From an uncultured Acidobacteriota bacterium (GTDB lineage: Bacteria; Acidobacteriota; Thermoanaerobaculia; UBA5066; Gp7-AA6): 64,000 nucleotides of DNA. The notes under the pieces were generated by a model that was not told the origin of the DNA, made no database searches, and saw only the letters and a program-made list of their open reading frames with translations. The stretch spans positions 304,561-368,560 of the forward strand of contig CAVXRK010000003.1 in assembly GCA_963764025.1 (NCBI GenBank), written 5' to 3'. Made by a program: the position numbers and the translations under genes. Shown in pieces: positions 8,913-18,116 of the stretch (positions are counted from its first letter, which is position 1; the number at the start of each line of letters is the position of its first letter).

Positions 8913-10255
8913 AGGGAAAGCGGCGCGCGGCGCCGACCGCGCGGACCCGGGCGGTCGACGCGTTGCGGAAGGTGCTCGGCGGCGGCCGGCTCGCGGCCCC
9001 CCTCGTCGGGGAGCTCTCCCGCGGGCTCTCGCCGGCCGACGCGGACCTGCTCCGCGAGCTCGTGCTCGGCGTGCTGCGGTGGAAGTCGGCGCTCGACGCG
9101 GAGATCGCGGCCGTTTCCCGGATCCCCCTGCCGAAGCTCGCGCCGAATCTTCTCGAGATCCTCGAGATCGGGCTCTACCAGGTGCGGCACCTCGATCGCA
9201 TACCTCCGTACGCGGCCGTGAGCGAGGCGGTCGAGCACTCGCGCGCGAGCGGCGGCGAGGGCGCGGGAAAGCTCGTCAACGGAATCCTGCGGGGGATCCT
9301 GCTCCTGCCGCCGCCCGCGCTTCCGGACCGCGGGAAGGCAGCCGACCTCGCGCGTCACTTTTCCCATCCCCGCTTCCTCGTCGAGCGATGGATGGAGCGT
9401 TTCGGGGAAGACACGGCGAGGCGTGTGCTTGCGGCCGACAATGCGTCGCCGTCGATCGACCTGCTCGTCAATCCCGGCCACGGCACGCGCGACGCCCTGC
9501 GTGCGGCGCTCGCCCCCGACGGCATCGCGACCGAGCTCTCGCCGCTCGCGCCGCTCGGGCTGACCGTGACGTCCGGTCGGCTGGTGCGTTCCCCGCTTCT
9601 TTCGGCCGGGGCCTTCAGCGTTCAGGACATCGGAGGCCAGGTGCTCCCGCTCCTTCTGCCCGAAGGAGACCTCCTCGTCGACCTCGCGGCGGCCCCGGGC
9701 GGCAAGTCGCTCTCGGCGCTGGCCCACGGACGCGCCCGGCGAACCGCCGCGCTCGACGGTTCGCTCTCGCGCCTGACGCGGGTCGCGGAGAACGCCCGCC
9801 GCCTCGGCGCGGCGATGCGGGCCGTGGCCGCGGACCTTTCCGCCCTGCCGCTTTCGCCCGGGGCCTTCGACCGCGTTCTGTTGGATGCGCCCTGCAGCGG
9901 CACGGGGACGTTGCGAAAGAACCCGGAGATCCGTTACCGCGTGACACCGGCGGCGATCGAGCGCCTGGCGAAGACCCAGGAGGCGCAGCTCGCGGCGGCC
10001 GCCGGGCTGCTTTCGCCGGGAGGATTTCTCCTCTATTCGACCTGCAGCCTGGAGCTCGAGGAGAACGAGCGCGTCGTGGAGCGGGTGTGCGCCTCGACGC
10101 CGGGCCTGTCCCCGACGCCGATCGCGGCGCCAGCGGCGCTGATCCCGTTCGTCGACGGCGCGCGCTTCCGGCTCTTCCCGGACGAGCGCGTCGACGGCTT
10201 CACGGCGCACTTGCTCCGCCGGGACGAGTCGGCGATCGGGTCGCGGGATCCGTAA
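8909..10255 (+). CDS. rsmB: 16S rRNA m5C967 methyltransferase RsmB/Sun (NusB-like N-terminus)
   Basis: 'DLAAAPGGKS', 'FDRVLLDAPCSGTG', 'YSTCSL'; follows fmt with a GTGA overlap. Confidence 0.9.
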   Translation: MKGKRRAAPTARTRAVDALRKVLGGGRLAAPLVGELSRGLSPADADLLRELVLGVLRWKSALDAEIAAVSRIPLPKLAPNLLEILEIGLYQVRHLDRIPPYAAVSEAVEHSRASGGEGAGKLVNGILRGILLLPPPALPDRGKAADLARHFSHPRFLVERWMERFGEDTARRVLAADNASPSIDLLVNPGHGTRDALRAALAPDGIATELSPLAPLGLTVTSGRLVRSPLLSAGAFSVQDIGGQVLPLLLPEGDLLVDLAAAPGGKSLSALAHGRARRTAALDGSLSRLTRVAENARRLGAAMRAVAADLSALPLSPGAFDRVLLDAPCSGTGTLRKNPEIRYRVTPAAIERLAKTQEAQLAAAAGLLSPGGFLLYSTCSLELEENERVVERVCASTPGLSPTPIAAPAALIPFVDGARFRLFPDERVDGFTAHLLRRDESAIGSRDP

Positions 10256-10309
10256 ACCCCACGATGGCGCGCAACGTGGCGAGCGCGATGCTTCTGGACC
10301 CGCGCGCGC

Positions 10310-10870
10310 TCAGAGCTCCGGCGGAAGCTCCGCCGGCGGGGTTGTCGACGGGCGCGGCTTCGACGAGGCGGGTTCGTAGACCAGGTGGATCGTGATGACG
10401 GTCCCGCGCTCGCCGTCGATCCGCGTCGTCAGGCGCAGCTGCGAGCGGTCCGCGGAGACGGCGAGAGCCGAGACCCACTTCGGCCCCTGCGCCGGGTTCG
10501 ACGAGATCTCGACGTGACCGTCCTTCCATACGGCGCGGACCTTGCGCTTTCCTCCGCTCGAGGACTCCTCCTCGACCTTGCGGCCGTCGGTGAACACGAT
10601 GCGGGTCCGCCCGGCGGCGTCGGTGATGGAGAGCCGGGGCTCGCGATGCTCGATCATCAGGGTCTCGAAGCCCTCGAAGAGATCCGGGTCGGGGCCGTCG
10701 GGCGCGCCTCCGCGTCCCCCGCGCAGCGAGCGCGGCAGTTTGTCGCTCAGCTCCGTGTTCAGCTGCCACTTGCCGGAGAGGTCCGGGTAGTCGAGGGCCG
10801 TCAGCGTCGCGCCCGTCGCGACGGCGGCGGCCAGGACGAGACACGCGACTCGATGAAGGGCGAACGACAT
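10310..10870 (-). CDS. Secreted hypothetical protein (possible lipocalin-like beta-barrel)
   Basis: Signal peptide then 'DLSGKWQLNTELSD' and beta-strand-like segments; GGAG upstream of ATG 10870. Confidence 0.6.
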   Translation of the reverse strand: MSFALHRVACLVLAAAVATGATLTALDYPDLSGKWQLNTELSDKLPRSLRGGRGGAPDGPDPDLFEGFETLMIEHREPRLSITDAAGRTRIVFTDGRKVEEESSSGGKRKVRAVWKDGHVEISSNPAQGPKWVSALAVSADRSQLRLTTRIDGERGTVITIHLVYEPASSKPRPSTTPPAELPPEL

Positions 10871-10946
10871 TCCGACTCCTCGTCCCCACTGCAACGCGGC
10901 GAACGCCCCGCCCATTGCGTTCTGCGGTAACAATTACAATCGCCCA

Positions 10947-12077
10947 ATGAGTTCAGCCTCCGGGCCGCCGGTCCCGATCCTCGACCTGACCCGGTACGAC
11001 GAGGACTTGAGGGGCGAGATCGGGCGGCGGGTCGCGGAGGTGTTCGCCAGTGGTCGGTTCGTGCTCGGGCCGGCCAACGCGGCCTTCGAGGGGAGCCTCC
11101 GGGAGATGCTCGGCGTCCGGCACGTGCTCGGGGTCTCTTCGGGGACCGACGCCCTCCTCGTCGCGCTGATGGCGCTCGGCGTGGGACCCGGGGACGAGGT
11201 CGTGACGTCGCCCTTCAGCTTCTTCGCGTCGGCCGGCGTCGTCGCGCGCCTGGGCGCCCGGCCCGTATTCGTCGACATCGACGCGGCGACCTTCAACCTC
11301 GATCCGGGCGGTCTCGAGGCCGTGCTCACTTCCCGGACCAGGGCGATCCAGCCCGTGCACCTCTACGGGCAGTGCGCCGACATGGACCCGATCCTCGAGG
11401 TCGCGCGCCGGCGTGGCATCCCCGTCCTCGAAGACGCCTGCCAGGCGATCGGGGCGCGCTACCGTGGCCGGCCGGCCGGCTCTCTGGCGACGCTCGCCGC
11501 GTTCTCCTTCTACCCGACCAAGAACCTCGGCGCCGCGGGCGACGCGGGGGCCGTCGCGACCGACGACGACGATCTCGCCGCGCGGGTCAGGAGCCTGCGC
11601 GTCCACGGCTCCACGACGACCTACTTTCACGAGCGCGTCGGCGGCAACTTCCGGATGGATGCGCTCCAGGCCGCGGTGCTCTCGGCCAAGCTCCCGCGCC
11701 TCGCGGCCTGGACCGAGCGTCGCCGCGCGGTCGCCCGTCGCTACGACGAACTCTTCGCCGAGGCGGCGCGCGCCGGACGGATTCGTACTCCCGTCGCGGC
11801 GGAGGGGCGGGGCCACGTCTTCCACCAGTACGTGGTGCGGGTCGCGGACCGCGACGGCGTCAAGGCGCGCCTCGCGGAGCGCGGAATCGGGACGTCGGTC
11901 TTCTATCCCGTGCCGCTCCACCGGCAGACCTGCTTCGAGGCGCTCGGGGGGCGCGAAGGGGATTTCCCGCGGGCGGAGGCGGCCGCCCGGGAGGTTCTCG
12001 CGCTGCCGATCTTCCCGGAGCTCACCGACGCCGAAGTCGAGCGGGTGGCCGCCGAAGTCCTGCGGGCCCTGGCCTGA
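10947..12077 (+). CDS. DegT/DnrJ/EryC1/StrS-family PLP sugar aminotransferase
   Basis: 'SSGTDAL', 'PVHLYGQ', 'EDACQAIG', 'FSFYPTKNLGAAGDAG'. Confidence 0.95.
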   Translation: MSSASGPPVPILDLTRYDEDLRGEIGRRVAEVFASGRFVLGPANAAFEGSLREMLGVRHVLGVSSGTDALLVALMALGVGPGDEVVTSPFSFFASAGVVARLGARPVFVDIDAATFNLDPGGLEAVLTSRTRAIQPVHLYGQCADMDPILEVARRRGIPVLEDACQAIGARYRGRPAGSLATLAAFSFYPTKNLGAAGDAGAVATDDDDLAARVRSLRVHGSTTTYFHERVGGNFRMDALQAAVLSAKLPRLAAWTERRRAVARRYDELFAEAARAGRIRTPVAAEGRGHVFHQYVVRVADRDGVKARLAERGIGTSVFYPVPLHRQTCFEALGGREGDFPRAEAAAREVLALPIFPELTDAEVERVAAEVLRALA

Positions 12078-12090
12078 TCCCCGCGAGGAT

Positions 12091-13023
12091 TCACCTGGGC
12101 GGGGTCGTCTCCCGCACGAGGTAGCCGCGACGGGCCCGCGCGGCGTCGAGCGTGCGCCAGAGGTATTCACCCAGAATTCCCAGCGAGAGCAGCTGCACGC
12201 CCGAGAAGAAGGCGAGCGCGACCATGAGCGAAGTCCAGCCCTCGATCGGCAGGCCGTGGAGGAGCTTGTAGAAGACGAGGAAGACGGCATAGGCGAAGGC
12301 CGCGAGCGCGAGGCCCGCTCCCGTCACAGACATCCAGCGCAGCGGCGCGTACGAGAACGAAACGACGGCGTCGATGAAGTACTTGATCTTCTTGGCGACC
12401 GTCCAGCGCGACTCTCCCTCCTCGCGCGCGGCGCGGTCGTAGGGCACGAGCGCCGTCGCGAACCCTCCCCAGAGCAGCAGCCCGGGGAGCGACGTATGGA
12501 TATCGCGGCTCTCGACGAGAAAGTCGATCGCGGGCCGGCCGATCAGGAAACAGTCGAAGCCCCCCGGCGGCATGTCGGAGAACGCGAGACGCCGGAGCGT
12601 GCGGTAGTAAAAGCCGGCGGCGGCGCGGCTCGCGAGCCCCTCGGGGCGGCTCCGCCGGACGGCGAGGACGGAGGTGGCGCCGCGGCGCCAGGCCGCGACC
12701 ATGTCGGGCAGAAGTTCCGGCGGCTCCTGGAGGTCGGCCGAGAGGACGGCGGCCGCCCCGCCCTTCGCCTCGGCGAGACCGGCGGTGATCGCCATCTGGG
12801 AGCCGAAGTTGCGCGTGAGGCGCACACCCCGGGCGCGGGGCCATCCCCGCGCGATCTCGCCGATCCGGTCCCAGGAGGCGTCGGAGGAACCGTCGTCGAC
12901 GAAAACGACCTCCATATCCCAGTCGGCGCTGTCGGCGATCGCGCGCAGACGCCCCGCCAGCCGAGGGAGACTCTCGGCGTTGAAGTAGACAGGAACGACG
13001 ACCGTGACGAGGTCGCGGCTCAT
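12091..13023 (-). CDS. GT2 glycosyltransferase, GtrB/ArnC-like (polyprenyl-phosphate glycosyltransferase)
   Basis: 'VVVPVYFN', 'VDDGSSD', 'RNFGSQMAITAGL', 'ADLQEPPE' and two C-terminal TMs ending 'LGILGEYLWR'. Confidence 0.9.
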   Translation of the reverse strand: MSRDLVTVVVPVYFNAESLPRLAGRLRAIADSADWDMEVVFVDDGSSDASWDRIGEIARGWPRARGVRLTRNFGSQMAITAGLAEAKGGAAAVLSADLQEPPELLPDMVAAWRRGATSVLAVRRSRPEGLASRAAAGFYYRTLRRLAFSDMPPGGFDCFLIGRPAIDFLVESRDIHTSLPGLLLWGGFATALVPYDRAAREEGESRWTVAKKIKYFIDAVVSFSYAPLRWMSVTGAGLALAAFAYAVFLVFYKLLHGLPIEGWTSLMVALAFFSGVQLLSLGILGEYLWRTLDAARARRGYLVRETTPPR

Positions 13024-14150
13024 GCGCCCGCCTCGAAGAACTCCCGGACGGCGGCGACGACGGCCTCGACCTGCTCGTCGGTCAGCATCGGATGGTTGGG
13101 AAGCGAGACGAGCGTCTCGCAGGCGGCCTCGGAGGCGGGAAAATCGCCCTTCCGGCCGAGGAACGCATAGGCCGGCTGCAGATGCAGCGGCACCGGGTAG
13201 TGCACGGCTGTTTCGATTCCCCGCGTCTTGAGGTGCTCCCGCAGGGCGTCCCGCTTCGCGAGGCGGACCGGGTAGAGGTGCCGCGCGGGCACCGCGCCCG
13301 GTCGCGTCGCGAGGCGATCGAGGGGGAGCGTCGCGAACGCGGCGTCGTAGCGGCCGGCGATCGCGATCCGGCGTGCGTTCTCCTTCGCGAGAAACGGGAG
13401 CCTCGCCGACAGGATCGCCGCTTGCAGCTCGTCGAGGCGGGAGTTCCATCCCTCCGTCTCGGCGAAGTCGCGTCGGCTCCAGCCGTATTGCCGGAGTCTG
13501 CGGAGCTTCTCGGCGACCGCCGGGTCGGAGGTGGCGACGGCTCCGCCGTCGCCGTAGGCGCCGAGGTTCTTGGACGGATAGAAGGAGAACGCGGCAGCCG
13601 CTCCGAAGGTCCCGGCCGCGCGGCCCTGGAAGAGGGCGCCGTGGCTCTGGGCGCAGTCCTCGACGATCGTCAGCCTGTGCGTCGCGGCGAGCGGCGTCAG
13701 GCCGGCGAGATCCGCGACGCCTCCGTAGAGATGGACCGGAAGGAGAAATCGAACGTCCGGGGTCAGCGCGCGCTCGGCGCTTGCCGCATCGAGCGTCAGC
13801 GTCTCGGGATCGACGTCGGCGAGCACCGGCCGCGCGCCGGCCATCCGGACGCCGGTGAGCGTCGGACCACACGTGTTGGCCGGCAGCAGGACGCCATCCT
13901 CCGGCCCGGCGCCGAGCGCCCGCAGGGCGAGGGCGATGGCCTCGGTCCCGTTGGCGCAGGCGACGACGTGCGGGACGCCGAGAAACCGGGCGAACGCCTG
14001 TTCGAAAGCCGCGACCTCTTCGCCGAGGATGAACCAGCCGCGCTCCAGCACCCGGGCGACGGCGGCGTCGATCGCGCCCTTCTTGTTCCGGTAGTCGAGC
14101 GCGAGGGCGCCGAACGGGATCTTCGGCGGCGCCGCCGTCGGCGCGTTCAC
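13020..14150 (-). CDS. DegT-family aminotransferase (FdtB-like)
   Basis: 'GWFILGEEV', 'NGTEAI', 'EDCAQSHGA', 'SFYPSKNLGAYGDGG', 'NSRLDELQAA'. Confidence 0.93.
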   Translation of the reverse strand: MNAPTAAPPKIPFGALALDYRNKKGAIDAAVARVLERGWFILGEEVAAFEQAFARFLGVPHVVACANGTEAIALALRALGAGPEDGVLLPANTCGPTLTGVRMAGARPVLADVDPETLTLDAASAERALTPDVRFLLPVHLYGGVADLAGLTPLAATHRLTIVEDCAQSHGALFQGRAAGTFGAAAAFSFYPSKNLGAYGDGGAVATSDPAVAEKLRRLRQYGWSRRDFAETEGWNSRLDELQAAILSARLPFLAKENARRIAIAGRYDAAFATLPLDRLATRPGAVPARHLYPVRLAKRDALREHLKTRGIETAVHYPVPLHLQPAYAFLGRKGDFPASEAACETLVSLPNHPMLTDEQVEAVVAAVREFFEAGA

Positions 14151-14707
14151 GGTTCTTCCCCGACACCCCCGGCCGGGTCGCGCCGGTACCGGCGGCCGCA
14201 CCCGCAGGCTGCGGTGCCGTTCTCGAAGCGCAGGGTCTTGCCGCAGCGGCAGACGTGGCCATGAAGCTGGGCGGGGGAGCCATAGACGAGCGCGAAGTCC
14301 GGAACGTCCCGTGTCAGCAGGGACCCGGCGCCGACCATCGCGAAGCGCCCGATCGTCAGGCCCGGCACCAGGACCGCTCCCGCGCCGAGGCTCGACCCCT
14401 CGCGAACGAGCGTCCGCGGGTAGGACTCGGGGTGACGGCCGCTCCGGGGGCGCGGGTCGTTGGAGAAGATGACGCCCGGGCCGACGAAGACGTCGTCCTC
14501 GAGGGTCAGGGCGTCGTAGAGCGACACGCCGCACTTGACCGTGACGCGGTCGCCGAGGACCACGTCGTTCTCGATGAAACAGCGATCGCAGATGTTGCAG
14601 TCGCGGCCGATCCGCGCGCCGGGAAGGATGTTGACGAACGCCCAGATCCGCGTGCCGTCGCCGATCGCCGACGAGGCGACGAGGGCCGTGGGGTGAATCG
14701 AGAGCAT
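14147..14707 (-). CDS. Hexapeptide-repeat sugar N-acyltransferase (WxcM/WbpD-like)
   Basis: 'IGDGTRIWAFVNILPGARIGRDCNICD...FVGPGVIFSND'; C-terminal 'CRCG...CGCG'. Confidence 0.9.
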   Translation of the reverse strand: MLSIHPTALVASSAIGDGTRIWAFVNILPGARIGRDCNICDRCFIENDVVLGDRVTVKCGVSLYDALTLEDDVFVGPGVIFSNDPRPRSGRHPESYPRTLVREGSSLGAGAVLVPGLTIGRFAMVGAGSLLTRDVPDFALVYGSPAQLHGHVCRCGKTLRFENGTAACGCGRRYRRDPAGGVGEEP

Positions 14708-14760
14708 TCCTGGGCCGGGAGCTTAACCCAGGAAAGAGGTCTCCGGCCGCCTGCGCCCGG

Positions 14761-15741
14761 TCAGAAATAGTCGGCTCGACGCTCCCGGTAGAAATCGACG
14801 GTCCGGCCGAGGCCTTCCCGGAGCGCCACCTTCGGCTCCCAGGCGAGCAGGCGCCGGATCTTCGTGATGTCGGAGACGAAATCGCCCGGCTCCTGCGCCT
14901 TGCGCTCGGGCGTGAAGTCGGTGAACTCGATTTGCGTGCCGGGAAGGATCCCGCCGAGCAACTCGGCGACCTCGAGAAACGTCGAGGGACGGTCGTGGCC
15001 GACGTTCAGGATCTCCCCGACGGCGAGCGGCGACGCGGCCGCGGCGAGGAGGGCCTCGACGCAGTCGTCCACGTAGAGAAAGTCGCGCAGGATCCGGCCC
15101 GAACCGAAGATCGGGATCGGCCGGCCTTCGAGGGCGAGGCGCACGAACCAGTTCACGACGCCGAACTGCGAGTGCTTCATCTGACTCCGCGGCCCGTAGA
15201 TGTTGGTCAGCCGAAGGGGAACCGTCCGGATCCCGTGGATCCGGGTGTACGTGCGGCAGATCATCTCGGCGGAAAGCTGCGAGATCTCGTAGATGCCGCG
15301 GGGATCCGAGGGGGTCTCCTCCGAGACGGGGAGCTTCACCGCCGGCCCGTACTGGCCGCGCGTTCCCGAGCGGACCACGACGGCGCCCGGGTTCTTCTTG
15401 CGGCAGGCCTCGAGCACGACCGCGGTGCCTTTGATGTTGATGTCGATGTCGGGATACGGGTTCGAGAGCGACATCACGTGGGAGACCTGCGCGGCGAGGT
15501 GAAAGACGATGTCCCGCCCATCGACGAGCCGCTCCATCGCCGCGGCGTCGCGCACATCCGAGGAATCGATCTCGACCTGCGAGCGGATTTCGCGGACGTT
15601 GGCGGGATTCCCGCCGTAGCCTTCGATGAGGGCGTCGCAGAGCGTTACCTCGGCGCCGTCCGACACGAGCCGCCGGGCGAGGTTCGAGCCGATGAAGCCG
15701 AGCCCGCCTGTGATCAGGATCCTCTGGCCCCGGAGCGTCAT
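14761..15741 (-). CDS. NAD-dependent epimerase/dehydratase
   Basis: 'ILITGGLGFIGSNL', 'FHLAAQ', 'RLTNIYGP', 'RDFLYVDD'. The YxxxK site reads YEISQ (Lys replaced). Confidence 0.9.
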   Translation of the reverse strand: MTLRGQRILITGGLGFIGSNLARRLVSDGAEVTLCDALIEGYGGNPANVREIRSQVEIDSSDVRDAAAMERLVDGRDIVFHLAAQVSHVMSLSNPYPDIDINIKGTAVVLEACRKKNPGAVVVRSGTRGQYGPAVKLPVSEETPSDPRGIYEISQLSAEMICRTYTRIHGIRTVPLRLTNIYGPRSQMKHSQFGVVNWFVRLALEGRPIPIFGSGRILRDFLYVDDCVEALLAAAASPLAVGEILNVGHDRPSTFLEVAELLGGILPGTQIEFTDFTPERKAQEPGDFVSDITKIRRLLAWEPKVALREGLGRTVDFYRERRADYF

Positions 15742-15920
15742 CGAAGCCAGGCTCCGGATCGAGAAACGGAGCGCCCGGCGGGGAAGAGGGCGGCGCCGTA
15801 CGGCGCGCGTTGATGGCCGAGGCCGCGCGGATGCTGCGATTCGCGGCGCGCCTCGGGCGCGCGCGAACTCGCATACCCCAGCCCGCCGGTGATCAGGATG
15901 CGTTTGCCGGCGAGCGTCAT
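15738..15920 (-). pseudogene. Fragment duplicating the epimerase N-terminus
   Basis: MTLAGKRILITGGLG versus MTLRGQRILITGGLG of the next gene, then unrelated sequence. Confidence 0.6.
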
Positions 15921-15981
15921 CGACCCGGATGGTCCGCCATGCCATTCGTTCCGTCAATAGCGACGCGCCGCCCCCCGAGCC

Positions 15982-17544
15982 TCAGCGCCAGCCCGCGTGC
16001 ATGGACGGAAGCAGGGCTCCCTCGAGGTCCTCGCGATGGCTGTGCTCCACCGCGGCGGCGGAGGGGGGGATCGAGAGAACGGCGGCCGCGACGAGGAGGC
16101 CCGCGAGCGCTCCCACCATGAGCGTCGGCCGCGGGATTCGCGCCCCCCGCACCGCAACCACGAACGCCACGGCGCAGGCCAGAAGCGGCGGGACGAGCGA
16201 GACCAGGGGCGGCAGACCGGCGGCGACCCCGAGGTTGAATTCGACCAGTCCGTGTCGCAGGAAGTGAATCGAAGCGGTCCGGACCGGATTCCAGGCCTCG
16301 TAGGGGATCGCCCAGCAGGTCGATCCCGAAATGGCGAGCATGATCGCGCCGTACACGAGCCCCGCGAGCAGCACGGCCTGGCGGCGCCCGGCGCTTCCGA
16401 CAGGAGAACGCACCACGTACAGCCAGAAGACCAGAATAAATCCTGCGATCAGGTATCGAGGTCCGAGGCCCCAGCCCCCCCGCCAGTGGGGAGTCACGTA
16501 GCCCGAGATCGCGACGAGCAGCAGCAGGGGGCCGAGCGCGGGCACGAGCAGGGACGGATCGCTCCTGAGCCTCCGCAGGGAGACTACGGCGAGGATGGGC
16601 CACAGGATCATGAACGGCGAGAAGTACAGGAGCCCGTGCGCGGGATCGAGGAACAATCCCGCGAGAGCGGCGGGCGAAGGCCACGAGATTCCCCCGATGC
16701 CTCGCTCGGCGAGCGAGGAGTAGCTCTCGCTCGCGGCCGGCGGAGTGCGGAGGATCCCGCCGAAGTAGTGCGCGTGGTACCACGCCAGGGCGAGAGCCGG
16801 AGCGGCGGCACCGGCGAAGAACGCGGCCAGCCGGGCAACGGGCCCCCGCCGGGCGACCTCGATGGCCAGACAGAGCGCGATGAGGGCGGCCGGATATTCG
16901 GTCGCGACGGCCGCCGCCGCCAGGAATCCGGCGGTCGCCGACGACGGGAGGCCGCGTTCGTGCGTCGCGAGGGCGTAACCGAGAAACAGGAGGGCGGCCG
17001 TGAATCCGTGGGAGAAGAACGACCGGGCGTAGACCTGAAAGGGGGTCGCGAACAGCAGAGCAAAGAGCCAGAGCGGGAGAAAGAGCGGCATGGGAATCCG
17101 CCGCAGCGCTCGGCGGACGAAGACGGCCGCCGCCAGAACGACCGCGAGCGTGACTGACAGGACTCGGGCTCCGTAGAAAACCAGCCAGTCCTGCAGCGAG
17201 GTCGGGGCCGGCAGGAGTCGGCGAAGGAGCCAGTACGCGGGAAGAGCGGCGACCGACAGGCCGGGCGCCTTGTTCGAGAGTCGGCGTCCGTCGTGGACGG
17301 CGACGTCGGTGTGCGAGCCGAGTTCCCGCAGCTCGGGTTCGATGTCCGCGGTGCCGCGCTCTCCGAGAGCCCTCAACAGCTGGTGGTGGCTTCGCTGGTT
17401 GGAGTCCGCCGCGCCGGGGTAAAGCCCCACGAAGTACACGCAGACGAAAGCGAAGCAGGCCAGCACCCAGGCGCACGCCCGGCGCGCGCGAGGAATGTCC
17501 GGCGGACCGGCGCCGTCCGGGCCGGCAACCGATGGGCGATCCAT
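15982..17544 (-). CDS. Polytopic membrane protein, GT-C-fold glycosyltransferase-like
   Basis: More than 10 TMs; loop 'DVAVHDGRRLSNKAPGLS'; 'VYARSFFSH', 'GLLYFSP', 'GGWGLGPRYL'. Confidence 0.7.
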   Translation of the reverse strand: MDRPSVAGPDGAGPPDIPRARRACAWVLACFAFVCVYFVGLYPGAADSNQRSHHQLLRALGERGTADIEPELRELGSHTDVAVHDGRRLSNKAPGLSVAALPAYWLLRRLLPAPTSLQDWLVFYGARVLSVTLAVVLAAAVFVRRALRRIPMPLFLPLWLFALLFATPFQVYARSFFSHGFTAALLFLGYALATHERGLPSSATAGFLAAAAVATEYPAALIALCLAIEVARRGPVARLAAFFAGAAAPALALAWYHAHYFGGILRTPPAASESYSSLAERGIGGISWPSPAALAGLFLDPAHGLLYFSPFMILWPILAVVSLRRLRSDPSLLVPALGPLLLLVAISGYVTPHWRGGWGLGPRYLIAGFILVFWLYVVRSPVGSAGRRQAVLLAGLVYGAIMLAISGSTCWAIPYEAWNPVRTASIHFLRHGLVEFNLGVAAGLPPLVSLVPPLLACAVAFVVAVRGARIPRPTLMVGALAGLLVAAAVLSIPPSAAAVEHSHREDLEGALLPSMHAGWR

Positions 17545-17654
17545 GGCGTCGTGGCTCTCGGGGCCTGTAATGTGGATCGGACCTCGCTGGCGAGGTTATC
17601 GCAGTCGGCGCGAATCGGGATTCGGGGCGTCGCCTGTCGTAAGCTCGTGTCTGC

Positions 17655-18116
17655 ATGGCGGAACCGGCCTCCGGGCACGGACTTCCAACGCGACTCCGTC
17701 GGCTCGCCGCGATCGTCGCGTTCGTCGCGGCGCTCGGCTTCCTGACGGGCGGCAATCCGCTCCCCGAAGTTCGCGACCGGCTCGCGGTTCTCCGGAGGTC
17801 GTGGCGCCAGGATGCGGCGGCGCGCCGCCTCGGAGGGACCGCCGCGGCCTACGACCGCCGTTTCGCGGCTCTCGTCAATTCGGCTCGAAGCGCGCTGCCG
17901 CCCGGAACTCCCGGGCTCGCTTTGCACGCGCCCGGCATCCCGGAGTGGGGAGGGCTCTATCTCGCGGTTTACGAGTTCGCCCCGACGCCGGTCTTCCTCG
18001 AGCCCAGGCGCGTCCCGCGGGGCTGGCTCGTGTTGACCTATGGGCCGGCGGAGCCCCGAGGCGGGCGCGTCTTGAGGCCTTTCGCCGACGGCGCGCTGGT
18101 CCTCCCCGCGCCATGA
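17655..18116 (+). CDS. Membrane-anchored small protein (module A, subunit 1)
   Basis: N-terminal hydrophobic helix; similar to 19515..19970; ATGA overlap with the next gene. Confidence 0.65.
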   Translation: MAEPASGHGLPTRLRRLAAIVAFVAALGFLTGGNPLPEVRDRLAVLRRSWRQDAAARRLGGTAAAYDRRFAALVNSARSALPPGTPGLALHAPGIPEWGGLYLAVYEFAPTPVFLEPRRVPRGWLVLTYGPAEPRGGRVLRPFADGALVLPAP

